Shown here in pieces: positions 43,575-54,580 of a DNA stretch of 64,000 bases; positions within the stretch are counted from its first letter, which is position 1; each line of letters begins with the position of its first letter. The notes beneath the pieces are model-generated. The model worked only from the letters and a program-made list of their open reading frames with translations, made no database searches and was not told where the DNA came from. This DNA is from a virus, in IMG/VR virus record IMGVR_UViG_3300028800_002449; one strand, given 5' to 3'. A program made the translations under genes and the position numbers.

Positions 43575-44306
43575 TCACCACATCATGTCGGGCGGCCCGA
43601 AGTCGCCCTTGAGATCGTAGTGGCCGACCTTGACCGAGCAGTCGATCGCACAGCGAAAGCCATGCTTGCGGGCGTCCATCCAGAAGTACAGATCTTGGGT
43701 CGCTATCCCGTCGTTCCGCTGAGTCTTGAACCAAGGCTTGCGCAATCGCGCGTCCTTGAACATCGACATCCGCCAGAGGTTGAAGCCCATCCCTGTACCA
43801 CAGCATTCGATGAGACCACCCTGAGGATCAGGCAGCTGCGGCCTGAAGTTCAAGACGGGGTCTTTCGGATCGCCCCAAATCTGAGGTACGCCGCCTGGTC
43901 CCTTCGTGAAGTAGAGGCCGCCGATGCACGACAGCTCAGGGTGGGCCTCCATCTCCTCAAGAAGCTTCAACACGCCGTTCGGTGGAGGCGCGTTGTCGTG
44001 CTCGATCGTGAGGATGTACTCCCACTGCGACAGATTTGGCTCCATCAGGATGTTCTCGACCGCCGCCGAGTATGCCTCGCCCACCTCCATGCCCTGAGCC
44101 AAGATCCTCACGACGCCGTTGTTTGGAGCGAACGCCAGGTTCCAGTGCGACAGCGCCACCTTCGCGGGGATAGTGTCGGCCGCAGGGATGATGACGACGA
44201 TCCGCTGCTGCTTCCAAGCGCCCGTGCGCATCATCCGCGTCGTCGTTCCTTCCAGGTCGCCGTTGTGCGTTCCTGAGAGGTCCTGCATGATCAGTTGAGG
44301 CTTCAC
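43575..44306 (-). CDS. GT-A fold glycosyltransferase, about 240 aa
   Basis: IVVIIPAAD...; DxD-like EHD; alternative ATG start at 44288. Confidence 0.55.
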   Translation of the reverse strand: MKPQLIMQDLSGTHNGDLEGTTTRMMRTGAWKQQRIVVIIPAADTIPAKVALSHWNLAFAPNNGVVRILAQGMEVGEAYSAAVENILMEPNLSQWEYILTIEHDNAPPPNGVLKLLEEMEAHPELSCIGGLYFTKGPGGVPQIWGDPKDPVLNFRPQLPDPQGGLIECCGTGMGFNLWRMSMFKDARLRKPWFKTQRNDGIATQDLYFWMDARKHGFRCAIDCSVKVGHYDLKGDFGPPDMMW

Positions 44307-44345
44307 ACGCGCATACTATCTTACTCAAGCGACCAAGGAAACTTT
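44300..44345 (-). promoter_or_regulatory. Degenerate variant of promoter motif 1 (plus strand TATCTTACTCAAGCGACC)
   Basis: Shares ATCTTAC..CAAG with the sites at 15041 and 25441, but the -35/-10 spacing does not fit well. Confidence 0.25.
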
Positions 44346-44348
44346 ACT

Positions 44349-45272
44349 TCACCCACGCACCCACGCGATCGGAACAGCATCGCTAACGAGGATGTATGCG
44401 CCAGCGCTCGTGTTGCTCCCCAGACTATCCGTGACGATGCATGTGATGACTGAGAGGTTGTCAGCCTGACCCAAGACGCCAGTCGTATAAGTGCTGCTGT
44501 CCGTTCCAACGTTGATTCCATTATTCTGCCATTGGTAGCTTACTGTCCCTGAAGAAGCTGTCGTCGTGATGGAGAAGGTCGCCGTCGAGCCGCTGAAGAC
44601 GCTCTGCGTGACTGGCTCTACGCTCACCAACGGACCTGCGGGTCCGACGAGCATCGAGACAACGGCGTAGTCGGCTAATCCGTCATTAAAAGTAGCCTGA
44701 CCCTGTACACCACCCGTGTTCGCAAAGGGCGCGTTCGACACGTATATAGTGGTGTTCGCTCCACCCGTGCTGTTGCTATCAAGAATTGCGAGAGGAGGAA
44801 CGTAAGTGAAGCCAGCAGTATCTTCAGAAGTAAAAACCATGAACTGCATATCGTTCTGAACTGTCGCAGCACCGGCATTGCATCTGAGGACCTTACCGTT
44901 AAACGTTCCATTGTCCATAGATCCTGGCACGCCATCGACGACAGAAACAGTATTCGCTCCTGATACCTCAATTAGGTCGACTGCATTGGTAGAACTGTTG
45001 GTTGTAATCGTAACCGTGAACGTGCCCGCGCTCACATCGACGACTGTCGTCCAAAATGACACCGATCCAGACTCTGAACCGGCAAGTGCTACCTGTCGGG
45101 TGTAAGTCTGAGATCCTTGGTTGTCCGTCACCGATTGCGGCGTGAGGTTGCCATCTGTCGTGATGGCTATGATCAACACATTTCCTACCGTCGGCAACGT
45201 GCTGAAGGTGGCGGTAAAAGGGTTGTTGCCCCCTCCGAGGGTTATTCCATTCTGGACGACTGCAATGGCCAT
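44349..45272 (-). CDS. Fibre-associated protein with C-terminal Ig-like (I-set/Big) domain, about 307 aa
   Basis: Internal Met [10 protein letters not shown] of ORF 44349..45551(-), starting exactly where collagen gene 1 ends. C-terminal TATFSITTTASSGTVSYQWQNNG...DNLSVITCIVTDSLGSNTSAGAYILV has an Ig-like pattern. Confidence 0.5.
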   Translation of the reverse strand: MAIAVVQNGITLGGGNNPFTATFSTLPTVGNVLIIAITTDGNLTPQSVTDNQGSQTYTRQVALAGSESGSVSFWTTVVDVSAGTFTVTITTNSSTNAVDLIEVSGANTVSVVDGVPGSMDNGTFNGKVLRCNAGAATVQNDMQFMVFTSEDTAGFTYVPPLAILDSNSTGGANTTIYVSNAPFANTGGVQGQATFNDGLADYAVVSMLVGPAGPLVSVEPVTQSVFSGSTATFSITTTASSGTVSYQWQNNGINVGTDSSTYTTGVLGQADNLSVITCIVTDSLGSNTSAGAYILVSDAVPIAWVRG

Positions 45273-48200
45273 CAGATAGAGCTGTTCACGAAGTTGAAGT
45301 ATTGCCTCAGAGTCGAGGCATAGCTGACGATGTCTGCAAACCTGACCGTCGACGGCATCGTTGCTGAAGAGACGGTCCAAACTCCGGCTCCAGGATAGAC
45401 CTGTGAGTTCGTGACGTTCGTCGTCTGACCCCAGATGCGCATGCTGTTCGTATTGTTCACTGCGGGCAACGCCTGCGCGAACATGCTGTTGAAGCTCCAA
45501 ACACCTCCAGGGGCCGGCACGGTGCCGGCTGTCGTGCTGCTCGTCGACCATGCCTGCGCGAACCAGTAGTTACCTGGACGAACAGTCGTGTTGAATCCGA
45601 TTGGGACCACGATTGAACCGGAAAGAACGTTCCTCAAGCTCGATTGAAACGCTGTCGCCAAGGTCGAACTCAAAGCTGATGCTGCGGTGTTGAGAGCAGT
45701 CGAGGCACCGAGTGATGTCGTCGTGTAGTTACCACTCGCGTCGATTGAAACGACATAAGACATGGTCGCTCCGACAGACACGCTCAAATTCGTCGAGGCT
45801 GCGCCTGACATCGAAACGGACACGGAGGAGGAGATCGCAACCGAGAAGGAGTTCGACCACACTGACTCAAGGCGCGTGCTGTTGGTTCCGACGCCGAGGC
45901 TGTAAAGGCCGACAGTGTTCCCGAATATGAAGCTGACGCTGGCCGAGCCCGTCGAGTTCGTCTGGAAGTTAGAGCTTGACGCTCTCAAGAGAGACGAGGC
46001 TGCGCTCTGAAAGCTCAAGATCCTGTTGACGCGACCGCCGCTCAGATTCACGGGCAGATTGAAGGGCTCGAAGTACCAGCTTCCGATGCCAGGAGGGTAG
46101 TTCGTCGTCGACGTATAGATCGGATACGGTTCGAAGTTCGTGTACGAAGGTCCGCTGACTGAGATCGTGCTGACATTCGTCGAGATGATGATCCCACCGA
46201 CGCCGACCAGGCTTGACGTGGCTGGCACGCTCGCCGTGACAGTGCTGCCGCTCATTCCGAACGTAATGCCGTTGCTGTTCGAGAAGACGACGGTGCCAGA
46301 CGATTGTGAAGATCCAGCTGCTGAGATCGCCACGCCGCCGCCACCGCCTCCACCAGCTGGTCCGGTTGCTCCTTGAGCACCCGTCGCGCCCTGAGGTCCC
46401 GTCACGCCTGAACCTTGAGGCCCCGTCGGACCCGTCTCGCCGGCTGTTCCCGTCGCTCCTTGCGACCCGGTAGGCCCCGTCGCGCCGGCTGTTCCCGTCG
46501 CTCCTTGCGGTCCCGTCGGCCCCGTCGCGCCGGCTGTTCCCGTCGCTCCTTGCGGCCCCGTCGGACCCGTCGCGCCGGCTGTTCCGGTCGCTCCTTGCGG
46601 TCCCGTCGGACCCGTCGCGCCGACGTTGCCCGTCGCTCCTTGAGCGCCTGACGCGCCCTGAGGTCCCGTCGCGCCTTGGGGACCGGTTGCACCCTGTGGT
46701 CCAGTAGGTCCCGTTGAGCCCTGCGGTCCGATCGAACCCGTCGCGCCTTGCGGTCCCGTCGGGCCCGTCGCGCCTTGCGGTCCCGTCGGGCCCGTCGCGC
46801 CCTGCGTTCCTTGAGCGCCGGTCGGTCCCGTCGAGCCCGCGCTCCCCGTCGGCCCCTGAACGCCGGTCGCGCCCTGAGGCCCCGTCGGGCCCGTCGCACC
46901 TTGGGTTCCCTGAGGGCCTGTCGGTCCCGTCGAGCCCGCGCTTCCCGTCGGGCCCTGAACGCCTGTCGCGCCTTGCGGTCCCGTCGGGCCCGTCGCGCCC
47001 TGCGTTCCCTGAGGGCCGGTCGGTCCCGTAGAGCCCGCGCTTCCCGTCTGGCCTTGAGCGCCGGTCGCGCCCTGCGGCCCCGTCGGCCCGGTCGCACCTT
47101 GGGTTCCCTGAGGGCCTGTCGGTCCCGTGGAGCCCTGCGGTCCGATCGAGCCCGTCGCGCCCTGAGGACCTGTCGCACCTGTCGTGTCGTTGCCGGTCGC
47201 GCCACGAGCGCCAGTGGAGCCTTGAGGACCCGTCGGCCCGGTCGCGCCCTGCGTTCCTTGAGGGCCGGTCGGTCCCGTGGAGCCCGCGCTTCCCGTCGGG
47301 CCCTGAGCGCCGGTCGCGCCCTGCGGTCCCGTCGGGCCGGTCGCGCCCTGCGTTCCCTGCGGTCCCGTCGGACCCGTCGCGCCCTGCGTTCCCTGAGGTC
47401 CGGTCGGTCCGGTCGAACCAGCGCTTCCCGTCGGGCCCTGAGCGCCGGTCGCACCTTGCGGTCCCGTCGGGCCCGTCGCGCCCTGCGTTCCCTGAGGTCC
47501 GGTCGGTCCGGTCGAACCGGCGCTTCCCGTCGGGCCCTGAGCGCCGGTCGCACCTTGCGGTCCCGTCGGGCCCGTCGCGCCCTGTGTTCCCTGAGGTCCG
47601 GTCGGTCCCGTGGAGCCCTGCGGTCCGATTGAGCCCGTCGCGCCCTGAGGGCCCGTTGCGCCTGTCGTGTCGTTGCCGGTCGCGCCACGCGCGCCAGTGG
47701 AGCCTTGCGGCCCCGTCGGCCCGGTCGCGCCCTGAGTTCCTTGAGGGCCGGTCGGTCCCGTCGAGCCTGCGCTCCCCGTCGGGCCCTGAGCGCCTGTCGC
47801 ACCTTGAGGTCCGGTCGGTCCCGTCGAGCCAACGCTTCCCGTCGGGCCCTGAGCGCCAGTCGCACCTTGAGGTCCCGTCGGTCCCGTCGCGCCCTGCGGC
47901 CCCGTCGGCCCAGTCGCGCCCTGCGTTCCTTGAGGGCCGGTTGGTCCCGTGGAGCCCGTGCTTCCCGTCGGGCCCTGAACGCCCGTCGCGCCCTGAGGCC
48001 CCGTCGGCCCGGTCGCGCCTTGGGTTCCCTGAGGGCCGGTCGGTCCCGTGGAGCCCTGCGGTCCGATCGAGCCCGTCGCACCCTGAGGGCCCGTCGCGCC
48101 CGTCGTGTCGTTGCCGGTCGCTCCACGTGCGCCAGTGCTGCCTTGCGGCCCCGTCGGCCCGGTCGCGCCCTGAGTTCCTTGGGGGCCGGTCGGTCCGGTC

Positions 48201-50794
48201 GCACCCGCGTTGCCCGTCGGGCCCTGGGCGCCCGTTGCTCCGACCGCGCCGGTTGCGCCCTGCGGCCCCGTCGACCCGGTCCCGCCCTGCGTTCCCTGAG
48301 GACCGGTCGGCCCAGTCGAGCCAGCGCTTCCCGTCGGACCCTGCGTGCCCGTCGCTCCGGCCGCGCCGGTTGCGCCTTGCGGCCCCGTAGGCCCGGTCCC
48401 CCCCTGCGTTCCCTGAGGGCCTGTCGGCCCGGTCGAGCCCGCGCTGCCCGTGGCTCCAGCAGCGCCGGTCGTGCCTTGCGGCCCCGTCGGCCCGGTCGCA
48501 CCCTGCGTTCCTTGAGGGCCGGTCGGTCCCGTCGCGCCCGCGTTGCCCGTCGGGCCCTGAGTGCCCGTTGCTCCGGCCGCCCCGGTCGTGCCCTGCGGTC
48601 CCGTCGGTCCGGTCGCGCCTTGCGTTCCCTGAGGACCGGTCGGTCCGGTCGAGCCGGCGCTGCCCGTGGCTCCAGCAGCTCCAGTCGTGCCTTGCGGTCC
48701 TGTCGGCCCGGTCGCGCCTTGTGTTCCCTGAGGGCCGGTCGGCCCGGTTGCGCCAGCGCTGCCCGTGACTCCAGCAGCGCCGGTCGTGCCTTGCGGACCC
48801 GTCGATCCGGTCGCGCCTTGTGTTCCCTGAGGGCCGGTCGGTCCCGTTGAACCTGCGCTCCCCGTCGGTCCCTGTGTGCCGGTCGCTCCGGCTACGCCGG
48901 TCGTGCCTTGTGGTCCCGTCGGCCCGGTTGCGCCCTGCGTTCCCTGAGGGCCGGTCGGTCCCGTCGAGCCTGCGCTCCCCGTCGGACCCTGCGTGCCGGT
49001 CGCTCCGGCCGCGCCGGTCGTGCCCTGAGGACCTGTCGGTCCAGTAGAGCCAGGGCTTCCCGTCGGACCCTGCACGCCAGTCGCGCCCTGCGGTCCCGTC
49101 GGTCCCGTGGCACCTTGATTTCCCTGAGGACCCGTCGGACCAGTCGAACCGACTGCGCCCGTTGATCCCTGAGCACCTGTTGAGCCGGCGACGCCAGTCG
49201 CGCCGATCGCACCCGTCGCGCCCTGAGTTCCCTGACTTCCTTGCGGACCTGTCGGTCCCGTCGTACCAGAGCCCTGCGGACCCGTGGGCCCGGTTACGCC
49301 TTGGGGACCCTGTGGTCCAGTCGGACCGGTCGTGCCAGAGCCCTGCGGTCCCGTGGGGCCCGTTACACCTTGAGGTCCCTGCGGTCCCGTCGGTCCTGTC
49401 GTACCAGAGCCCTGTGGACCCGTGGGGCCGGTTACGCCTTGAGGTCCTTGTTGTCCCTGAGGTCCCGTTGGCCCCGTCGTGCCAGAGCCCTGCGGTCCCG
49501 TCGGTCCCGTGGCTCCTTGAGGACCTTGCGCGCCTGTCGGGCCAGTTGCACCAGCTCCTTGCGGGCCCGTCGGTCCAGTTGCGCCCTGAGGGCCCTGCGA
49601 GCCCGTAGGACCAGTGCTTCCTGCGCCCGTTGCACCCTGAGGCCCCGTCGGACCCGTCGCACCCTGAGCGCCAGTAGGGCCCGTGGGGCCCGTCATCCCT
49701 ATGCCGGTAGCACCTTGTGGTCCGGTGGCACCCGTTCCGCCTTGAGGACCAGTCGGTCCGGTCGCGCCCTGAGCGCCCGGCGAGCCGGCGCCCCCCTGCG
49801 GTCCGGTCGGCCCCGTGCTTCCCTGTGGACCGGTCGCGCCCTGTGCGCCCGTCGGTCCCGTCGAACCTTGAGGACCTGGCGAGCCGTTGCCGCCCTGAGG
49901 ACCGGTCGGCCCCGTGGGACCGGTCGCGCCCTGAGGACCCGCACTTCCCTGAGGACCGGTTGGACCCGTGCCGCCAATGCTGCCCGTCGGACCTTGCGCG
50001 CCTGTCGGTCCCGTTGAACCCTGAGGGCCGGGAGATCCTGCTCCGCCTTGGGGACCGGTCGGACCGGTCGCGCCAGTCGGACCCTCGGGGCCGGTCGCGC
50101 CTTGCGGACCGACAGAACCTGTCGAACCTTGCGAGCCCGTTGCGCCGCGTGAGCCCGTTGGACCCGTAGTGCCCTGCGCGCCCGGAGATCCTGCGTTGCC
50201 CTGCGGCCCCGTCGGGCCGGTCGCGCCCTGCGGTCCAGTCGGGCCCGTAGAGCCCTGCGGCCCCGGAGATCCTTGTCCCTGAGGACCCGTCGCACCTTGC
50301 GGGCCCGTCGGGCCAGTCGGTCCAGGACCCGTGCCTGCCGGACCCGTCGCCCCCTGCGGTCCCGTCGGCCCCGTCGCGCCCGGAGGTCCCTGAGGACCCG
50401 TCGCGCCCGTGCCGCTGCCACCACCTCCGCAGTTGCAATTTTCTTCGGCGGCGACGCTGACGACGACGTCTTCGAGGATGATGCCGACGGGCAGCAGGCG
50501 CAGGTAACGAACTGTCGCGTTCTGGACGAAGATCGGAGAGAGGTTGCGCACGTTGTGCGCGACGTTCTCGGAGAGCCTGTCGATGTTGAACTGGCAGAGA
50601 GTGCTCCACGACGCGTTGTCGAGGCTGCCTTCCACGCAGATGTCGCCGCCCCTGAAGAGACCCTTCGAGAGGACGAAGGTCAGATCTCTATCGAGCCCCG
50701 ATGGCGGGACGAGCGTGACCAAGTCGATGCTGGGCTGAGCGCCAACAGCACGAGCTGGGAGGATCGGAAATGTGAGGAAATTGTTAGCGCCCAT
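45272..50794 (-). CDS. Giant collagen-like fibre protein 1 (1840 aa)
   Basis: About 125-aa N-terminal domain, then roughly 1265 residues of Gly-X-Y ([10 protein letters not shown]...), then about 440-aa Ser/Thr/Asn-rich C-terminal domain. Confidence 0.9.
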   Translation of the reverse strand: MGANNFLTFPILPARAVGAQPSIDLVTLVPPSGLDRDLTFVLSKGLFRGGDICVEGSLDNASWSTLCQFNIDRLSENVAHNVRNLSPIFVQNATVRYLRLLPVGIILEDVVVSVAAEENCNCGGGGSGTGATGPQGPPGATGPTGPQGATGPAGTGPGPTGPTGPQGATGPQGQGSPGPQGSTGPTGPQGATGPTGPQGNAGSPGAQGTTGPTGSRGATGSQGSTGSVGPQGATGPEGPTGATGPTGPQGGAGSPGPQGSTGPTGAQGPTGSIGGTGPTGPQGSAGPQGATGPTGPTGPQGGNGSPGPQGSTGPTGAQGATGPQGSTGPTGPQGGAGSPGAQGATGPTGPQGGTGATGPQGATGIGMTGPTGPTGAQGATGPTGPQGATGAGSTGPTGSQGPQGATGPTGPQGAGATGPTGAQGPQGATGPTGPQGSGTTGPTGPQGQQGPQGVTGPTGPQGSGTTGPTGPQGPQGVTGPTGPQGSGTTGPTGPQGPQGVTGPTGPQGSGTTGPTGPQGSQGTQGATGAIGATGVAGSTGAQGSTGAVGSTGPTGPQGNQGATGPTGPQGATGVQGPTGSPGSTGPTGPQGTTGAAGATGTQGPTGSAGSTGPTGPQGTQGATGPTGPQGTTGVAGATGTQGPTGSAGSTGPTGPQGTQGATGSTGPQGTTGAAGVTGSAGATGPTGPQGTQGATGPTGPQGTTGAAGATGSAGSTGPTGPQGTQGATGPTGPQGTTGAAGATGTQGPTGNAGATGPTGPQGTQGATGPTGPQGTTGAAGATGSAGSTGPTGPQGTQGGTGPTGPQGATGAAGATGTQGPTGSAGSTGPTGPQGTQGGTGSTGPQGATGAVGATGAQGPTGNAGATGPTGPQGTQGATGPTGPQGSTGARGATGNDTTGATGPQGATGSIGPQGSTGPTGPQGTQGATGPTGPQGATGVQGPTGSTGSTGPTGPQGTQGATGPTGPQGATGPTGPQGATGAQGPTGSVGSTGPTGPQGATGAQGPTGSAGSTGPTGPQGTQGATGPTGPQGSTGARGATGNDTTGATGPQGATGSIGPQGSTGPTGPQGTQGATGPTGPQGATGAQGPTGSAGSTGPTGPQGTQGATGPTGPQGATGAQGPTGSAGSTGPTGPQGTQGATGPTGPQGTQGATGPTGPQGATGAQGPTGSAGSTGPTGPQGTQGATGPTGPQGSTGARGATGNDTTGATGPQGATGSIGPQGSTGPTGPQGTQGATGPTGPQGATGAQGQTGSAGSTGPTGPQGTQGATGPTGPQGATGVQGPTGSAGSTGPTGPQGTQGATGPTGPQGATGVQGPTGSAGSTGPTGAQGTQGATGPTGPQGATGPTGPQGATGSIGPQGSTGPTGPQGATGPQGATGPQGASGAQGATGNVGATGPTGPQGATGTAGATGPTGPQGATGTAGATGPTGPQGATGTAGATGPTGSQGATGTAGETGPTGPQGSGVTGPQGATGAQGATGPAGGGGGGGVAISAAGSSQSSGTVVFSNSNGITFGMSGSTVTASVPATSSLVGVGGIIISTNVSTISVSGPSYTNFEPYPIYTSTTNYPPGIGSWYFEPFNLPVNLSGGRVNRILSFQSAASSLLRASSSNFQTNSTGSASVSFIFGNTVGLYSLGVGTNSTRLESVWSNSFSVAISSSVSVSMSGAASTNLSVSVGATMSYVVSIDASGNYTTTSLGASTALNTAASALSSTLATAFQSSLRNVLSGSIVVPIGFNTTVRPGNYWFAQAWSTSSTTAGTVPAPGGVWSFNSMFAQALPAVNNTNSMRIWGQTTNVTNSQVYPGAGVWTVSSATMPSTVRFADIVSYASTLRQYFNFVNSSI
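46600..50440 (-). repeat. Gly-X-Y collagen triplet repeat region of fibre protein 1 (coding tandem repeats)
   Basis: Higher-order 13-triplet units ([33 protein letters not shown]) recur more than 20 times. Three copies of a longer block carry GNDTTG interruptions. Confidence 0.85.
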
Positions 50795-50943
50795 CAGCCT
50801 TGGGGGCTCGGGAGCGCGCTAACTACTGAGAGGTTTCGATAGTCTCACACTGGCCGTCGACATTCCACGGCGGACGCACGAATCCCTTTGACGGTCAAGC
50901 CGGCTTCTTAGGAGAAGGCCCCTAAGCCTCGCTCGCGCGAGGA

Positions 50944-51339
50944 TCAAGTCATCTTGATGACGATCGCGCTCGGGCCGCCCTCGGGCATCACGTACGAGCC
51001 GTTCTTGACCTCTTCGAGACGGTCTTCGATCTCCGAGAGGATCAGAGAGTCCGAGCCCTCCGACGTCGTCTTGTTGAGCTTGTCGATCATCCAGTCGAGC
51101 GTCTCGGTGTTGATGAGGATCGGCACCGGAACGTCCTTGATGTCGCCCGGCTTGATGCCTTTGGTCGTCAGGCGCGTCATGATCTCGTCGAGCTTCATGC
51201 GCTTGAACGCCACACGCATCGCTCTCCTGGCCGTCTTGCCATCGGGCTTGTACGTCGTGGAGAAGAAGAGTGCGAGAGCCAGGCGCTCACGCTCGGTGAA
51301 CGCGACGTTGATGGCCATGGGGTCGTCAGACATTTCCAA
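50944..51339 (-). CDS. Hypothetical protein, 131 aa
   Basis: ORF between the two collagen genes. Confidence 0.4.
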   Translation of the reverse strand: MEMSDDPMAINVAFTERERLALALFFSTTYKPDGKTARRAMRVAFKRMKLDEIMTRLTTKGIKPGDIKDVPVPILINTETLDWMIDKLNKTTSEGSDSLILSEIEDRLEEVKNGSYVMPEGGPSAIVIKMT

Positions 51340-51387
51340 ATACCTCCTGGAGCAGGAAGCTACAGGAACGCCGTGGCAATCGAAAGA

Positions 51388-52053
51388 TTACGAGGATCCC
51401 ACCAGCTTCATGACGTCGAAGTCTTCGCCGACGAAGGTCGAAGATCTCTGAAGGCCCACGCTCCCCACGACACTCCTACCTCCGCCTATGTGATCGACAA
51501 GATTCGGGAAGTGGTACGCGACCTTCGACTTCCGCATCGCCTTGCCGATGAGCGTGTCGGCGCCGTGTTTGGTCGGCCATCTGCGAATCTGATCAGACGC
51601 CAGAAGCGTCACGACCGTCGATGCCGACATCGTCGTCGCCTGGTTGTACGCGAAGCTGTGAGCGTTCTCGACTTCCAGATGAGGAGTCGTGACCTGCGCG
51701 TAGGGTCTGCGCCGACAGAACCAGGACACGAGAGCGAGGTCATCGACAAGCTCGAAGGTCGAGACGTAGTCGAGCATGTTCTTCGCGACGACGACGTCGT
51801 CCTCGAACAACGTCAGAGCCGTGAAGCCGGGACATGCAGCAGCGGCTCTCAGCGCCGCGAAGAAGGTCTGAGCCTGGCCATGGTCGCCAGGATCTTCGAC
51901 GACGAGCTTCGGACCCGGCCAGCGATCCCAACCACCATGCCGGAGCGAGCCCATCGTTCTTCGACGGAGGTCTTCTCGACCAGGGCAGCTCATCAAAGCG
52001 ACCACGTGGCCAGACCCTGGGCTACCGTGCTCGATCGGACGAGCTTCAAGCAT
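51388..52053 (-). CDS. Hypothetical protein, 221 aa
   Basis: ORF immediately upstream of collagen gene 1 region; no recognisable motifs. Confidence 0.4.
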   Translation of the reverse strand: MLEARPIEHGSPGSGHVVALMSCPGREDLRRRTMGSLRHGGWDRWPGPKLVVEDPGDHGQAQTFFAALRAAAACPGFTALTLFEDDVVVAKNMLDYVSTFELVDDLALVSWFCRRRPYAQVTTPHLEVENAHSFAYNQATTMSASTVVTLLASDQIRRWPTKHGADTLIGKAMRKSKVAYHFPNLVDHIGGGRSVVGSVGLQRSSTFVGEDFDVMKLVGSS

Positions 52054-52061
52054 CTAGTCCG

Positions 52062-54580
52062 CTACGGGTTCGCGATCGTCGTGACGGTTCCCGAAGGACC
52101 CTTCACCTTCAGACCGCCTGCTTCACCCCAAAGGAAATAACCATTGAGTGGGTTCCCCGTCGAGGGAGTGCTGCTCGCGATGTTGATGAACATGACGCCA
52201 GAACCGCCCTGGAAGGGTGTATTCGTTCCTGCGAACAGGACGAAGTTGCCGTGTCCGATTGATGACTGACCGAACGCGCCAGCCTGGTTTTGCGCATCAG
52301 CCTGGAACGAGACGCCTGCACCTGCCTTCGAAGCCAACAGAGTCGCGAGACCACCCGTGCCCGTGCCGCCGATGTCCGTGCTCGTGAGCGTCAACCCCCC
52401 CGAAGATCCATCGGCAGCGGTCACGTTATCGACGAAGATCGTGCTCCAGACAGTGGAAGTACCCCCGAGGTTGTACGTCTTGTTCGCGGTCGGCGTGATC
52501 GTACCGGTGACCGTGATCGATGCCGAGCCGAGCGTGATCGCCGTGTTGAAAGAGGCGTTGTTCGAGAGCTGGAGAGAGCTTCCACCGATGCCTTGGACGT
52601 TCTCGACGTAGACGGTTCCCCAACCCGACGAAGACGAGCCGAGGTTGTATGCGAAGCTTGAGGTCGGCACGACGCTACCGATCACGGTGATCGATGCGCT
52701 GCCGAGCGTGATCTCGGTGTTGCCCGAGGCATTGTTGGCCAGCTGGAGTGAGCTGCCGCCGATGCCCTGGATGTTCTCAGTGTAGATGATGCTCCACCCT
52801 GACGACGCTGAGCCCAGTGTGTATGTGAAGTTCGAGGCCGGAACTATGTTACCCGTCTGCGCGACGTTGCCCTGGATCTGAATGTTCGACCCGAGGATGA
52901 TCGCCGTCGCCGCACCACCGTTGTTGAACAGAGACAGCGTGCCACTCGGGATGCCCTCGATCGACGTAGTCATGAGGACTGTGTCTAAACGCGTGGTACC
53001 AGACTGCACCCACAACGCGTAGCCGTTCGTAATCGACAGGCTTCCACCCGTGATTGGTGCTCCCTTGATCGTGAACGTCGCAGCGTTCGTGATCGCCACG
53101 ACCGAGACGTCCGTGTACGTCGGCTGCTCGATCGTGAAGAGGTTGTATCCCGTCGCGGTCGTGATGTTCGTCGTGCCCGTGACGGTCTGCGTGCCACCCT
53201 CGAAGTGGAACGCGTTGAGGGTCGCGCCGGCCGCGCTCGCGATGGTCGTGTTCACGGTGAAGTCGTCGGCGCTCGCGACGGTGGCGGTCGTGGTGCTCGT
53301 GAGCTTGGTGAGCGTGAGCGTCAAGGCGCCAGAGATCTGCATTCCACCGTCGAGACGGGTCAGTCCCTGCTGAACCCAGAGCGCATAGGAACCCATGATG
53401 GTCAGGTTGCCGGTGTTGATCGGAGCGCCATGGATGGCCACCGTCGCTGCGGTCGTGATCGTCATCAGCGACGTGTCCGTGTACGTGGGTCGCTCGACCG
53501 TGAAGTAGTTGACGCCGGTCGGAGTCGTGATGCCTGTCGTTCCGGTGAACGTGATCGTCGACGAATCGATGTGGAACGCGTCGAGGACCGTCCCAGAGGC
53601 GCTCGCGATCGATCCTTGCGCGATGAAGTCGAACGCATCCTGCGGCGTCGTCGTGATGATCGTGACGCTCGACGAGTTCTGGATGCTGACGCCACCGTTG
53701 GTTCCGTTGAGAGAGAAGACGGTCGTGCCGCCCGTGCCGTCGATCAACGTCGTGCTGTTCAACGTCAGGAACTGTCCGGTCGCCACGCCGATGTTGAGAG
53801 ACGTCAGCGCGCCCTGCTGCCAGCCGATCATGTTGTTGGCGTAGACGTTGTCGTTGACGCCGATGCTGGCAGTGCCACCGCTGTTGCGGTTGTTCAGGTA
53901 GAGCGCGAGGCCGGTGCCGAAGCCGCCCGCGGCGCCTTGAAGCACGCCGTTGATCTCCATCGTCGTCGCGACGATCATCGTCAGCGCGCTCGCCGCCGTG
54001 TAAGTCGGCGAGCGAACGGTGATCATGCTGATCGAACCGATGTTGGACGAGCCCGTGATCGTGACCGTGACCGGGTCCCACAGGTACGAGTCGAGGATGC
54101 CCGTCGCGCTCGCGACGTTCGGTGGCGTGATGCCCCACTCGAACACGGTGCCGTTCGCAGCCGTCAGCACCGAGTTCGTCGACGAGAAGGACGTGTACCC
54201 GATGTTCTTCCACTGGAACGTGCCGGCGGTGCCGTTCGGCGTCCAGATGCTGTAGATCGTGTTGTTGAGGTTCAGCTCCATGGCGTTGTTGTCCGCCGTG
54301 CCGAAGAAGAACGTGCCGCCCGTCTTGTAGAGCGTCTGAGCGCCAGCGCCCGTCAGAGCAATCGCCGAGCTGCCCGATCCGATCTGACCGATCGTCAGCG
54401 GAGCGCCAGCGCCCACGGCGTCAGCTCCGATCAGCAGCCTGTGGTTGACGGGGTCCCATCGGAAGAGGTTGTCCTGGCCGACCTTCGTCGCCGTCGCCGC
54501 GAAGAGGACATCGGGAGCGATGAGCTGCGCACCGCTCGGGCCCGTGGCTGCGAGACCGCCCTGCGGGCCGGTCGGTCCCG
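52062..54580 (-). repeat. Internal tandem peptide repeats in the C-terminal domain of fibre protein 2
   Basis: Two repeats of about 100 aa ([28 protein letters not shown]... and [28 protein letters not shown]...). Three repeats of about 55 aa ([34 protein letters not shown]...). Confidence 0.7.

Noticed and set aside
45712-50424. Many long plus-strand and alternative minus-frame ORFs inside the collagen genes (Arg/Ala/Ser/Pro-rich, for example 46748..47632+, 47705..48850+, 45969..50609-, 53205..56321+).
   Set aside because: They are frame-shifted readings of GGN-CCN-ACN triplet DNA. The low-complexity composition mirrors the Gly-X-Y frame, and only the Gly-X-Y frame is continuous from a start and bounded by real domains.
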